From Cyanidioschyzon merolae (lineage: Eukaryota): a DNA stretch of 64,000 nucleotides. The translations under genes and the position numbers were made by a program. The stretch is from assembly GCA_000091205.1 (NCBI GenBank), contig AP006487.2. One strand, written 5' to 3'. Under the pieces are notes generated by a model. That model was not told the DNA's origin. It saw only the letters and a list, made by a program, of their open reading frames with translations, and searched no databases. Shown piece by piece: positions 36,502 through 48,052 of the stretch (positions are counted from its first letter, which is position 1; every line of letters begins with the position of its first letter).

Positions 36502-37635
36502 ATGCGACACCACGGTAAGGAGTGGAGGTTGAGGTACGAATGGCAGCCGGTGCACCGAGCTGAACGACACGTAGTCGCGAACCGTTGGCTCTGGTTGCGT
36601 ACTCGAAAGATTGCGTTTCTCGTGCTACTACTTCCACTACTTGTAATGCTTTACTCTGTTTCGCCCAAGGCGCCGCTTCAAAGACACAGCGCTTCCACAC
36701 TGACGAGCTACACGAGAACACACCGTGCTGACGAGGTTTGGCCAACACCCGCGCCAGGCGAGGATTCCACCGGGGAGGGTATCACGCTCATCACCAGCGT
36801 GCCTGCGAGCGGTGCTTGGCGCCATGCCGGGCGGTTGAGCGACGTATTTCAAGAAGCAATCTCAAGCTGGCTGCGCTTCGCTTCTCGCATCGTCTTGATC
36901 GCTGATCGCGCCGACTTCTGTCACGACTTAGCGACCAGCCTCCCGAAGCATGTTCTTTGTGTGACGCATCGTTGCTCGGGCGCCCGTGGTATCCCCATCG
37001 TTCCTTGTCTCGTAGCTACCGGTCTTGCAAACACGAACACTGAGGTTATCATGTACACAAACTTCGATATTGCGTTTTCGGGGTTGGTAAGGGAATTAAT
37101 TCAAGCGGCGAGGCAGCAGATGGGTTCCTTTGCTGTATTCGGCCGTCGATACGACCGGAACTTGTCTCCAGGAGCGTCCGATAACGAGGAGCTGCACGCT
37201 GCTTGGGGTCTCGATTACTTCATCTGCAGGAAGCAGGACTTTCCTGTACAAAGTATGCCACCATTTGTTATTGGCAATTGGCGCTGGGACAACTGGCTGG
37301 CTGACTATTTTATTCGGCATCCGCAGATTGCCGACATCGACGCGACTGCCGTGATTCGGGCTTTGCATCTGAGCGGCGCGCCGCACGTGCCTGCTGCAGA
37401 ACGGGATGGTGCGGTCTACAACGAAGGTTTAGTACCGCGCGTGGACTCTGGGGATTTTCGTGACCTAGGGCGCAGCGACAATTCCAACTGGATTGCCTAT
37501 GCGTATCCGACTGCGTTTGTTTTTTGTCATCGACGCCCTGATCCTGTTACACTAGCACAATTCTGTCGGGTGACTCGACGCGATCGCGACTGTGAGTCAA
37601 GACAGTATCTTGGTGACCTTCGAGTGACCGCCTGA
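36502..37635 (+). CDS. Uncharacterised type-II membrane (signal-anchor) protein, possibly a glycosyltransferase-like Golgi/ER protein.
   Basis: A 377-aa ORF with coding-like composition and an N-terminal hydrophobic anchor IAFLVLLLPLLVMLYSV. I could not recognise a family. Confidence 0.35.
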   Translation: MRHHGKEWRLRYEWQPVHRAERHVVANRWLWLRTRKIAFLVLLLPLLVMLYSVSPKAPLQRHSASTLTSYTRTHRADEVWPTPAPGEDSTGEGITLITSVPASGAWRHAGRLSDVFQEAISSWLRFASRIVLIADRADFCHDLATSLPKHVLCVTHRCSGARGIPIVPCLVATGLANTNTEVIMYTNFDIAFSGLVRELIQAARQQMGSFAVFGRRYDRNLSPGASDNEELHAAWGLDYFICRKQDFPVQSMPPFVIGNWRWDNWLADYFIRHPQIADIDATAVIRALHLSGAPHVPAAERDGAVYNEGLVPRVDSGDFRDLGRSDNSNWIAYAYPTAFVFCHRRPDPVTLAQFCRVTRRDRDCESRQYLGDLRVTA

Positions 37636-38053
37636 CCCTATTCGCGATCAGCGTAGATTCGGATGCGAAGACAGGTCGTCGCCAATGCGACTCGCCCTCT
37701 ATCCGACGCCGGCTAACGTATCGGAAAGCCGTGCTGTCTCTGTATGGTGTCGGCATCGGAGCTTCCGGCGCTGTGCTGGTGGCTCACTGCAGACTCCGCA
37801 CTCGGAGTATCTTATGAACGATCGATCTTCTCTTGAGGGAAGTTTTGGTGGTGGTTCCCGCAACGCGCAATTCTTGTGTAAAATCATGGCTGCTTCAATA
37901 GATGCATATAACCTTCGCCCACATTGGTATGATTCGCTAGTTTCCACGATCCTACACAATAGAAAGACCAATCTGAACAGCGGCAGATCGATCACAACAA
38001 ACTGCGTTTCCACCAGACCTAGATGAAACGCGTCCGCTCAGCTGTCTCGGAGA

Positions 38054-39173
38054 CGTATCCTTAAGTTAAGGTCTCTTATGATTGTCCTTATCGAGACCAG
38101 CCTTTGAGGGCATTTTATGCGACTGTATCCTTTCTGGTGCTCTTATCTCCGGTTTCAATACGCCGGACGCTTCTTTCCCTGCAGCTCCGTTGCAGACCGT
38201 CGAAGCCTGTGGGGTGCAGCCGGAACGTCCTTATTTCGCTCTGCATGGCTATTGTCGATGCGGTTCGTGTACGGGTGGAAGCTGCGCCTTGCGGTTCGTT
38301 TGCAACATGATCCTCTTCCTAAACAGCTTCCGCGTGTTCTTCGCAGCGTTTGCTTGTAGCAGATCTCGAGTTTTATAATGTGACCATTAGTATCTCCTCC
38401 ATACACTGCACTGCGACGCCTAGAGGCTCGCTTTGCTGGCGTGTACGTGCCCTTGACGTGCTCGGGAGACGTCGCTCGATACCCTCCTCCGTTTCCGCGC
38501 CCGGTGCCGTACTCGCCGTTCACGAGCATCGTCTAGGAGGTTCCCTCGACGAGGGCGCTGTCAGCTGCATGTGCAAGCGCGCACTGCTGCCTTCAGAGGA
38601 GGTTTTTCGGAACGCGATGTTCGCTGTGATGAAATACGTACCTGAAGAGAAAGTCAGGCTGGAGAAGAAGCTGAGAGATCTCGATCCGTGTACATCCCTG
38701 ACCCGCGCAGAGCGGTACCGGACTCTGCACTACAAGCGATACCTGCGATGATGCAGTTGCAAACGCATGACCCGCTTTGGTGCAAATAGGAGACACACGG
38801 GAGCCTCCGGGAGCATACCCCCATGAGAGGTATCAAGCTGCTACCGAGTGCTGCTTCGTCGATTGCCTCAAACGTAGGATTGCCTGTCTTTCGATGTAAA
38901 TAGGATGTTTCCTGTGAGGGATTCAGTTCTGTCTCGAAAAGGGCCGCAGATCGTGCCGCCAATTGGCATCATCGAGCCTGTTTTGCCCGTCATTGCACCA
39001 GCACGAATAGCAGTGTCCATGAGCTCCCTCGGAGCGGAAACTTCAAAAACTTGAAGCATGCGTGATTCGCGCAAGCTCTGTATGAGGAAACGAGGCGTAT
39101 GGGTGACTGTACGTAGGAATTGTCGGGATGGTATCGATAATGTAAGAAACCTCTGTTCGCGGGCGTGACGATT
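38054..39173. repeat. Dispersed repeat, copy B (direct repeat of 26768-27895)
   Basis: See copy A. Confidence 0.85.
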
Positions 39174-39350
39174 CCCAACCGAAAAAGTGCATCGGAGAAG
39201 CCCCTCTACAAAAAACTACCCATAGCGCCAAGACCCACGCACAAAAGATCCCAACTCATAATCACTACATCTCTAATCTCGAGGCCTTGTCGCCCCTAAT
39301 CCCTGTAGAAATATCGAAAAGCACAACCTGATCGAGCAGTTCCCTATTCC

Positions 39351-40727
39351 GTGTTCACCGAACGCTGGTTCAGAGACACACCCCCGAGGTCGCTCATGTC
39401 GCGCCTCGCAGCGCGACGCTCGCCCGATGCGCGATCCCGCTGCCGCTCGCCGACGTCTCGTAGGGGGCGTCGACGGGGTTGCGGCACTGCTCAGCGTCAG
39501 ACTGCCGAAAAGGCCGAAGCACATACACGACCTATGTTTTTGCTGCCTAGTGGAACGCTCGAGACGGTGTTTTGTGGTAGGCGAGCGTATACTTCGCGTC
39601 CGAAACGCTTTTTTTCTTTGAAGGCTGTGGAAGCGTCCGGTCAGGAAACGGCCTCGAGTTCAAGTGCTGCGGGCGAGCGTGCACAAGCCATGCAACCGCT
39701 TCTGGTGCGCGCGATACGGCATGAGCAGGTTGAACGACCGCCTATTTGGCTCATGCGTCAGGCTGGCCGCCACATGAACGCATACCGTGAACTGTGCAAG
39801 CGACATCCGTCGTTTCGGGAACGCTCCGAGGTCGCCGCGCTGTCAACAGAGATCTCGTTACAGCCGTATCGTGCGTATCACCCGGATGCGGTGATTATGT
39901 TCTCGGATATCCTGACACCGTTGCCAGGAATGGGCATAACCTTTGATATACCGGAGCGTGGACCAGTGGTTAGTCCACCTGTGCGGAGCTACGATGACTT
40001 GCAGCGCTTCCGTGAGATGGATCCATACAAGTCGACGCCTTTTGTTCGAGAGACGCTGCAGACGCTGCGGCGTGTGGTTGAACCCGAGGTTGCAGTGCTT
40101 GGATTTGTAGGGGCTCCTTGGACGCTGCTCACATATTGCATTGAGGGCGGCTCGAGCCAGACATATTCGCAGATCAAGAAAGTAGCGTTCACCGAGCCAG
40201 CTCTGCTTCATGAGCTGCTTGCGAGAGTCACGGACAATTTGGCGATTTATGCGAACTTTCAGATCGAATGCGGTGCTGATGCAATTCAGATCTTTGACTC
40301 TTGGGCAGGGCAGTTAGCTCCATCGGATTTTGACGAGTTCGCGGGTCCGTATCTGAACCGGCTCGTCAGAGAGGTGAAAGCGTCGCACCCTGAGACGCCG
40401 CTGATTCTTTACATTAATCAAGGCTCACATCTGCTGGAGCGCATGCGGGAGACTGGAGTCGATGTCGTCTCCGTTGACTGGACCATCGATATTGGGGAGG
40501 CTCGGTCACGGCTGGGCCCGCGCGTAGCCGTCCAAGGCAACATGGATCCAGCATGTTTGCTCGGGTCGCGAGAACTCATTCAACGGCGAGCTTACGAGAT
40601 CATTACCAAGGCTGGGAAAACAGGACATATCATGAATCTTGGCCACGGGGTGCTCCCGGAGACTCCCGAGGAGAACGTACTCGAATTCTTTCGTCTCGTT
40701 CGTGGGTATCGCTATGATGAGCACTAG
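39351..40727 (+). CDS. hemE: Uroporphyrinogen decarboxylase with an N-terminal extension of about 100 aa (organelle targeting likely)
   Basis: PIWLMRQAGR signature motif, then ...FSDIL.....G..F...E..GP and the C-terminal ...GHIMNLGHGV...TP. Full-length UROD. Confidence 0.9.
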   Translation: MFTERWFRDTPPRSLMSRLAARRSPDARSRCRSPTSRRGRRRGCGTAQRQTAEKAEAHTRPMFLLPSGTLETVFCGRRAYTSRPKRFFSLKAVEASGQETASSSSAAGERAQAMQPLLVRAIRHEQVERPPIWLMRQAGRHMNAYRELCKRHPSFRERSEVAALSTEISLQPYRAYHPDAVIMFSDILTPLPGMGITFDIPERGPVVSPPVRSYDDLQRFREMDPYKSTPFVRETLQTLRRVVEPEVAVLGFVGAPWTLLTYCIEGGSSQTYSQIKKVAFTEPALLHELLARVTDNLAIYANFQIECGADAIQIFDSWAGQLAPSDFDEFAGPYLNRLVREVKASHPETPLILYINQGSHLLERMRETGVDVVSVDWTIDIGEARSRLGPRVAVQGNMDPACLLGSRELIQRRAYEIITKAGKTGHIMNLGHGVLPETPEENVLEFFRLVRGYRYDEH

Positions 40728-41784
40728 TACGACAAGTGCCGGCCTCGGTTCGGGTCGGCGTCTGGGAGCATCCCTCATCCGAGCATAGAGCAGATAAAGG
40801 TTGCTGCACGGAGGGCAGGTTTCCGAACCCTTTGTCAGCAGTCGTATTCTGGCGTTTGAAATGGAGATGACATTGAGAACGTGGGAAGCCGACGCTGCCT
40901 CGTCGACAAGCAGTGTCGCACTGCGATGTTGCGCATGGCCTGAAGACTCGTCCAGAGCGCCCGCTTGATCGAGTGCGGCGGGGTCTTGGTATCGTTGACA
41001 CAGCATGCCATGAAACGCGGAAGACGAGAAACCGCATTCCGTTGACAGCGCATCACAAACTTGTGTTTACAGGGTGCGATATGGGCTCGTTCACGCGTCG
41101 AAGCTACCGTTAATATGACAGCAACCTTAAGAGGTTTCAAGAACGAGCCTCATGCAATAGAATCGATTGCATCTGCTGCATCTGCGGGTACTTCCAGCTG
41201 TCTACGGCGGATGACCGAGTTTTGAATGCGTCTACATGCGTCCTTGACGGGCTCAGACACGCGGTTGCCGAAAAGTGACCAACGAGCGATACCTCTGCAA
41301 GCGGATCACCCGTCCATTCGTGTATTTGAATGAGGGCTTCGGTGGCACAAGGACTCGCTTACCCATTGCCTGCTCTCCAAGTGGACAGGGCTCCAAGTGT
41401 ATGCACCACGAGGTCGCTAGAGCGCAGCGCAGCACGTGACTCGCTCTCGACCAGAGATACCCTCAAACGCAACCGCATGGATGAAACAAGTGCGTATCGG
41501 ATTCCTGGCTTTGACAAAGCATGCAGGCATCGTTACAGGAATAGTCTCTAGCGTTCCAGTAGAGCGCTCGCAGCATATGCTACATGCACCGAGGCACCCA
41601 GGAATCCATCAGCTGTACGACTGGACGCGAACAGCCTGTCACTGGCATGCCGGGCGATACGTACCGCGAAGCAGGTGGTGCAGCCTCCTCAAACTGGGAT
41701 CCACCCGCAGTCCATCTCCCAAGACGTAGCTGTGGCATTTCTTAGCGTTATTGCCCCGATCATGATACTCGTAGATGATCGGAT

Positions 41785-44331
41785 TTACGTGCGTGAGAGC
41801 CTAAGCCATGTCTCTAGTGCGCACGTTCTCTCCAGACGCTTACGCGCTTCTGGGAATGCTAATAGTTGATGCAGCACCTGATCGACCAGCGGTTGCAGGC
41901 GATCTCGAAATCTAAGGGCGAAGGTTTTGCGTCCCACAAGATATGAATAAAGACGATGGCGTCTCAAAATAGCGTAAAAAGGATCCGAGGTGTCGTTACC
42001 TTCAAGAAGAAGCTGCAGCAGAAATTCGTGAACGCGCTCTTCCGGTGAATAGATCATCTCATGGACACCGGGGAGTTCCTCCATGAGCGACCAGCACGGA
42101 CGCAGTAGCGTTACCTTCCAAGCGAACTTGAACAAATCATGGTTACCGTTTGTGACAATCTCTGCTAACGAGGCGAAGAGCGCACATTGGATACGGGGTA
42201 GCCTCTGATATGGCTGTGTGATGGACGAGCGCAGGACATCCAACACCGCCTGGACGAGACGGCGCTCACGAAGTTCCACTGCAACCGGCACAAGCCGATA
42301 AAACGTTGCCAGAATATCGTAGGCTTTGTGGCGGATCTCGTTCTGCTCCACAGCCAGCATGAAAAGGACCGATCGGAGCGCACCACTTTGAATAAAGTCG
42401 CGAGCGTCTCCGATGCGGGAATCGTAAAGCGCATCCAAATGGCGAGCATCCGGCGCTAGCACCTGCAGTACCTGCTGGCCTGCACGTGGTACGACCATAG
42501 CATTTTCCACGGATACTGGACTTGCCTCAGCAGGTGCTGGTGGTGGCGATGTGGTCTCAGAACCCGACCGCATGATCGCCATGCAGGCCTTGATATGCTT
42601 GAGACAATACTCCAGGTAGGGATCGCTGGTGCTCCGAACGCGTCGCTCGACTGCAATCCACAACGGCGATAGTTGAAAGCTCGTTTCACCCGGAGCCTGG
42701 CTGTGCAAAGCATCATCAAGAATGGCATAGGGCTTGCAAGTTGCTTCAGTGATGATGCGCTCAAACAGCGCTCTCGTGGACGGCGCAGCAAAACGCAGCA
42801 AATCTAACCAAAGGCTCGCTTCCAGCGAACACGTTTCGCCTGAGTGTGGATTACGCAGCAGGCCGTATTCGTTCAGGTATTGCAGGAAAAAGGCGTACAG
42901 CGGGGCTCTTGGAAGCGCCCTCAACTCGAAGAGATCCTGCAACCGGGTCGCTAGACGGATGCTCCGGTTCTGGGAGAACATTGCTCCGAGCGTTCGTACG
43001 AGTTCAGCGCCTGTGAACGAACAAGCGTAAGTGATTGTTTCTGGTGCCTTTGGTATGATCTTTGTGAGGTCGAGACCAGACTGAAAAATCTGCTCAGGGC
43101 GCTTCTCGATGCACAGGCGGAGAAGACGCAAGCCGCGCGCAAGCCGGAGCGAACCGAGGGTATTGGAAGCTCGCATCGCCTCTTGTCGGATATAGTCAAT
43201 CAGCACGGTTAATGACGGGATTGTCTTGCCTCCGTTTTCAAGTGCTGCAATCCACGCATTGCAAGTCACAAAGTCTAGTCGCATATTCTGCGGCAATGAG
43301 AATGCTGCTGTACATGTACATTGCCGCAGCGCAGCGATCGCAAGGGCAACTTGCTCGCTTTTCCAGATCGATTGGCTTTGGTTGGTATCCTGGAGCGCTG
43401 ACTCCGACGTAAGCGCTTTGAGAAATGCCAAAGACATTTCGGGGCCACCTGCTTGTAACATGCTTTGAGCGAGGCGAAGCTTGACGGAACTGGAAAGATT
43501 TTCGCGTGCGAGATATTGCGCTAGGGAGCGCTGGTCTCGAGTTTGCGCGATGATCTTGATCAGACCTGCTCGGTGTTGCTCGCCTCTTACGAACTCAACG
43601 ATGCTAAGGAGGCTACCAAGCATACGACCGCTGTTGAGCCAGGTTGCCGTGCGGAGTACTCGAAGGAGTCGTCCTATATCATTGGCGCCTTGGCGAAACC
43701 GGATTCGTTGGAGCACCTGCCGAAGGAGTACTGCATACAGCTCTCGTAGGTCCGGGGCGAACGTATTCGAAGCGAGAGCGCTCGCGTCGAGCCACTGCAA
43801 AAGCGACTTTTCCAATGTTGTGGTTCTTTTCTCCAGTTCGGAGAGGCGCCTTCGCTTTCGTTGCTGTCTCTGGCGCTGCTTTTGCAAAAGCTGAACCAGC
43901 AAGTCGCGGTTTGGTTGCACCGTCAAAAACGTTTCCCGTGCGTAACCGCTGCCGAAGCGGGCAACGGCAGCGAGAAGGCGAAGGGCACTCATCGTCAGAG
44001 CTGCCTGTTCGGATCGCAGAAACCCCTGCAGTACAGCGCGGTACTCCGTTAGCAGCGCCTGTGCTAACCCCTGAAAATCGACCGACTTCGCTTCTACTTC
44101 CGGCGATGTGGAGTGTTGGGTTCGATCATCTGCATTTGGAGTCAGAAGCGTTGCCAGCTGTGTTGCTGCTAAGGCTGCTTGACTGGGGTTAGCACTCACC
44201 AGTGCCGAAAGTAGGGTGCCCGCAGATGGCTGAGCATTTTCGTCTGCAACCTTCGCTGACTCGTGCCCTCGATGCATCTGGTTTGCACCAGCACCTTGGA
44301 CTCCAAAGTCAGGTATCCCTGAGGTCATTGT
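41785..44331 (-). CDS. Large alpha-helical repeat protein (HEAT/ARM-like) of unknown function. The ORF's first Met (44454) lies inside the Fanzor-derived repeat, so the true start is probably the internal Met at about 44331 or on an upstream exon.
   Basis: An 889-aa uninterrupted ORF with coding-like composition, leucine-rich helical segments and a polybasic/acidic stretch (QRQRQQRKRRRLSELEKR). Confidence 0.4.
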   Translation of the reverse strand, partial: TMTSGIPDFGVQGAGANQMHRGHESAKVADENAQPSAGTLLSALVSANPSQAALAATQLATLLTPNADDRTQHSTSPEVEAKSVDFQGLAQALLTEYRAVLQGFLRSEQAALTMSALRLLAAVARFGSGYARETFLTVQPNRDLLVQLLQKQRQRQQRKRRRLSELEKRTTTLEKSLLQWLDASALASNTFAPDLRELYAVLLRQVLQRIRFRQGANDIGRLLRVLRTATWLNSGRMLGSLLSIVEFVRGEQHRAGLIKIIAQTRDQRSLAQYLARENLSSSVKLRLAQSMLQAGGPEMSLAFLKALTSESALQDTNQSQSIWKSEQVALAIAALRQCTCTAAFSLPQNMRLDFVTCNAWIAALENGGKTIPSLTVLIDYIRQEAMRASNTLGSLRLARGLRLLRLCIEKRPEQIFQSGLDLTKIIPKAPETITYACSFTGAELVRTLGAMFSQNRSIRLATRLQDLFELRALPRAPLYAFFLQYLNEYGLLRNPHSGETCSLEASLWLDLLRFAAPSTRALFERIITEATCKPYAILDDALHSQAPGETSFQLSPLWIAVERRVRSTSDPYLEYCLKHIKACMAIMRSGSETTSPPPAPAEASPVSVENAMVVPRAGQQVLQVLAPDARHLDALYDSRIGDARDFIQSGALRSVLFMLAVEQNEIRHKAYDILATFYRLVPVAVELRERRLVQAVLDVLRSSITQPYQRLPRIQCALFASLAEIVTNGNHDLFKFAWKVTLLRPCWSLMEELPGVHEMIYSPEERVHEFLLQLLLEGNDTSDPFYAILRRHRLYSYLVGRKTFALRFRDRLQPLVDQVLHQLLAFPEARKRLERTCALETWLRLSRT

Positions 44332-44900
44332 CCAGGCCTTCAACGCCGTTCTAAGTCGAAGGACGGCAGTGTACAGTAGTGGCGAGAGGCCCGCCCTAGA
44401 CAAGAAGTTTCCAATTGATGTGCAGACGCCTCCCAGTTTTCCTCGACCGCCCACCCATTACTGCTTCCAACTTTTTCTCATACAGTTCGACATAAAGAGG
44501 TTGTCCAATAAAATTTCATCTTGTCCACTCTGGAGGTTTCGTCTCCAGCACCGAACATTTCCTGAGACTGATTTTTTTCCATTGCCAAAACGTTTACTCA
44601 GGCCAGCGTTCTCCGATTATGCGCATTTTTCTTTTCCTACTTTTTTTGTTTTATTTTTTCAGTGCGCGGTGAAGTATCCGTCAACCCCCTACCTCCATGT
44701 TACATTACCCATACTTCATCTCGGATATTCTGGTCGTTTCGTACGTCCTATTGTGTGTGCCTAGTGCCTGCCGAAAGCGACCGCAATGGCGCGTATAGCA
44801 CCGGTGCGGTCGCTGCACGGAGACAGAACGGCGTTGCCGTACCACAAAGGGTGTCGACTTGAGGCGTGGTATCGATGGTGTCCCTGTTGTCTCGTCTTTT
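44320..44900 (-). mobile_element. Degenerate short Fanzor-derived element (copy 3) retaining the conserved 3' segment and a decayed C-terminal coding remnant.
   Basis: 44369-44580 aligns with 56343-56540 (agtagtggcgaga..cccgccctagac...gtgcagacgcctccca...catcttgtccactctggaggt). 44330-44370 aligns (reverse complement) with copy 1 at 300-350 (actgccgtccttcgacttagaacggcgtt). Confidence 0.45.
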
Positions 44901-47026
44901 GGGGTCGCAAGTTTCATCCACTCCGTCGCGATACCGTCGACGCCAGGTGTTTTGCGGTTGCTTGAGCATAGCAGGGTCTGAACATATTCAGTCCAGAAGA
45001 TTGGGTCGTTCCATTCCGGTACCGATTCGAGGCGCAGTAGTTCTGCGGCATACTGGTGCCAATAGATTCGGTTTTGGCAGTGCCCAGTTGCGTCTTCATG
45101 CAGCTCTGGCCCGTGGTCCGTCCAGGCCTCATTCACTGAGGCACTCTCCGTCCTCAGCTCTTCCTCATAAACGATTGGTGTGAGCCCCAAGCACTTTTTT
45201 GGTGGGTCAAGTCTCGATCGGATGTAGCGCCAAGTCTCATCTTCGTTGATGCTCTCTAGCATAGATTTCGCCAGGGAGGCGATTTTGCGGTTTCGATCCT
45301 CTCGTTTGTCTTCTCTGGAAAGTTTCTTCTTTCTTTTGATAGCTTCCTCATGTTGCGCCTGTAGCGCCGGTAGCGCTGCCTTCGCTTCCTTGTCTCCGGC
45401 GTTGGCGCGTATGGCGGTGCGGTTGACGATCTTGTTGAGTCGGTGGCATTCATCAATCCGAGTTTTGGTATGTCGTTTCAGGTACTGAGGTTTGCAACTG
45501 TTGCATTCTGGTGCAAGCAGTCCCAGTTCTCTGGCAATCTTCTGATTCCCATCTACAAACTCGCGTGCCAGTTGGTCTACGGATTTGCATGCACGGCTTT
45601 TCGGATCTTCAGCGCTGTGAGTAGGTGACTTGGCTTGGCGGCAGCTTTCTTGAGTTCCCGCTGGGGGTGCCCTTTCGGGGGATGACTTGTGATGGGCTCG
45701 CTGGAGCTCCCGCCTGTAGGCTCGTTCGGGAGTTCTTCTTTCTATTCTTCTGTTTTTTTTCTTGCTGGTCTACTTCTTCTTCGGGCTCTTTCCTGAGCTG
45801 CTTTCTCTGGTTATTTTGCATTTAGGTGGATCATGAGGTTTCTGTATCTCCTTCTCCGTACCTCGTTGGGTCTCTTTTCCTATTGTAGAATCCTCGACTT
45901 CTATCAGCTCTTCGTTATAGTACTGGTGATTCGATATCTCGTCGTCCAGTGTCGAGGCTACACCCCAGATATTACAAGTTGTGAGACCTATCGAGTCATA
46001 GCACATAAGGGAATAGGAGTAGCGCTGCGGTACTCCGCAGATACGTCGTCGATTTAGACGCACCCTCCACGGGGTTTTTGAGCGCACATGCCACCAGCGC
46101 CTCCTGCATTCCAGTCGTTCATAGAATGCTTGCCGCTGCGCGAAGTTAGCATCAGAAGTACATTAGTCAAGGTCGATTCGAATGCGACCTTTATCTTGCC
46201 GGACGCGTGAAGCTACCCTCAACCACTGGGGATACTCTACGAACCACCCTTTCAGCAGCTTCGTATCCGCTCCCCAAACACATAGGCGGATAAGTCGCAT
46301 ATTCCAGCTTCAACCGCGAACATGCTGCCAGCCGTCTTCCAAAATATCCGCCGATATTTCTTCCAAAGTTTAGATAGGTACCAACGAAGGAGGTAAAACT
46401 GAGCCCGAGTTCAAGGATGGATCCAGGCCTCACGCCCGAACCTGCAGCGTTGTTTCGGGAGCAGCAGATGACTGCTCAGAACTCTCGTCAATATTTTCTG
46501 CTGCTACTGCCTGCGCCCCTCTGTTCGTTGCAGTCAAGGTCCCTGGCGTGGGCTTCCTTCCCCGTCGCCCGAACACCCCGCGTTGACTCACTTTCAGAGC
46601 TCCTCTGGAAAAGCTAGACCGCCAAGGCGAACGTGGGGTGTGGGGCTTTAAGATAGTTGTTCTTTGATAAATAGTTTGCGACTAGTTTCCTTTTTTTTTG
46701 ACAAGTCAACCCCGCATCATCGGATGCAATGCTGAGGAGCTCTGGACCGCTCGATCGTCGCCTTACCATAATATTTTGGGATGGACAGAGCTGTGTTTGC
46801 AGGGAAATCGCCCGCTTTTAGGCTCTTTCCGGTTATTCAGTTGTGCTCACGAGCTCTGCCCAAAGCACTATGAAACGCGGGGTTCGCATCGCGCGGTGAG
46901 CTGAATTGGTGATTGATGAACTGCTTGCGGGGCCTTGACAGGGTAGCGAGTGTGGAACGCAAACTTTTGGCTGGATGACCTTCAGCGATTGAAAGCGTCA
47001 TCAAGTTTGCAGTTGTCCATGGCAAA

Positions 47027-48052
47027 GTGCTTCACGAAGCCGCTCTTTTTGACAGCTTTGTGACCACAACGTCGAAGCAGGAACCCACAGTACCGGACCT
47101 GATCGACAATAGCGACTGGTCCGTGGTGCGACTGCTCATCCGACCCGATGTCGGTGCGAAGAACCTGCGCCAGCATGGCATCCTCGATCCGGGTCTTTTG
47201 CCGTGGAACATAGAACCTGCACCGCACGCCATACCGCACGAACGTTCGCTCTGGTCTCGCCTGTGGATGTTGCTCGTTATGGGCGCGCACGAGTCTGGTC
47301 TGGATCGTGCAAGGCTCCAAAGTCTGTACGAGCAACTCGTCGCTACGAATGAGGACGAAACTGAGAAGCTAGCGGCTTCCGGGCATAGCACGGGGCTTGT
47401 CGCTTCTGAATGGGCACGATTTCTGGCACCCTTTGACTTTGGATACCGACTTGTTGCACTACAACGTGAGTCGAAACGCGTTGCTGCTGCGCTTACGCGA
47501 GCACTCTATGGAATCGATACCTCCGGTGCATCGGAACACGATCCGCTCTGGGCAGTTGAGCACAGGGTACTGCCGGTTCCCGTAACAGATCGCTTGCTCT
47601 TCTGTGAGATGCGCTTTCTCCTGGTTTTGGCGTTGTCTAGGCGCCTATGGATGCGGCTGGAGCGCGTTGACCCACTTGGACAAGAGAACCCATTTCCAAG
47701 AGACGCTGAGATCATCGAGCGTGTGGAGGATCTTGCGCGTCAGTCGCGTGAGCGTCTAGCGCTATTGGCGGAGCGTTCACCCGAAGCCTTGAACGCGGGA
47801 AAGCAGGAGGCGCATGACTGTATTGAAGACTTGCGTACCAAAGAGACGCGCGCTGCGGAACAGGTAGCAGGCTTTGCGCAAGCGCTTGGAGATGCGGCGC
47901 TACTGGAGAAGGTCTGGCACGCTCTAGTGGACGAGATCGCGCAGAATCGTCAGCTCAATCACGCCCTTCTACAGACACTTTGCCAATGGGTGTTGATGCT
48001 CATCGGTGCTGATACCGAGGTACCGTCTAGTGCCTCGTGTAGCGATGAATGA
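47027..48052 (+). CDS. Hypothetical protein (341 aa); no family recognised.
   Basis: Long ORF with coding-like composition and a predicted C-terminal coiled-coil-like helical region. Confidence 0.3.
   Translation: MLHEAALFDSFVTTTSKQEPTVPDLIDNSDWSVVRLLIRPDVGAKNLRQHGILDPGLLPWNIEPAPHAIPHERSLWSRLWMLLVMGAHESGLDRARLQSLYEQLVATNEDETEKLAASGHSTGLVASEWARFLAPFDFGYRLVALQRESKRVAAALTRALYGIDTSGASEHDPLWAVEHRVLPVPVTDRLLFCEMRFLLVLALSRRLWMRLERVDPLGQENPFPRDAEIIERVEDLARQSRERLALLAERSPEALNAGKQEAHDCIEDLRTKETRAAEQVAGFAQALGDAALLEKVWHALVDEIAQNRQLNHALLQTLCQWVLMLIGADTEVPSSASCSDE

Noticed and set aside
40506-41140. ORFs antisense to and downstream of hemE
   Set aside because: These are the antisense frame of a strongly supported gene and GC-rich flanking noise.
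44705-45262. Possible reverse-transcriptase box (NRKTPGVDGIATEW) suggesting a LINE fragment next to Fanzor copy 3
   Set aside because: This is a single short motif. No downstream RT motifs (such as F/YxDD) occur in any frame, and the neighbouring ORFs are low-complexity. The evidence is insufficient.
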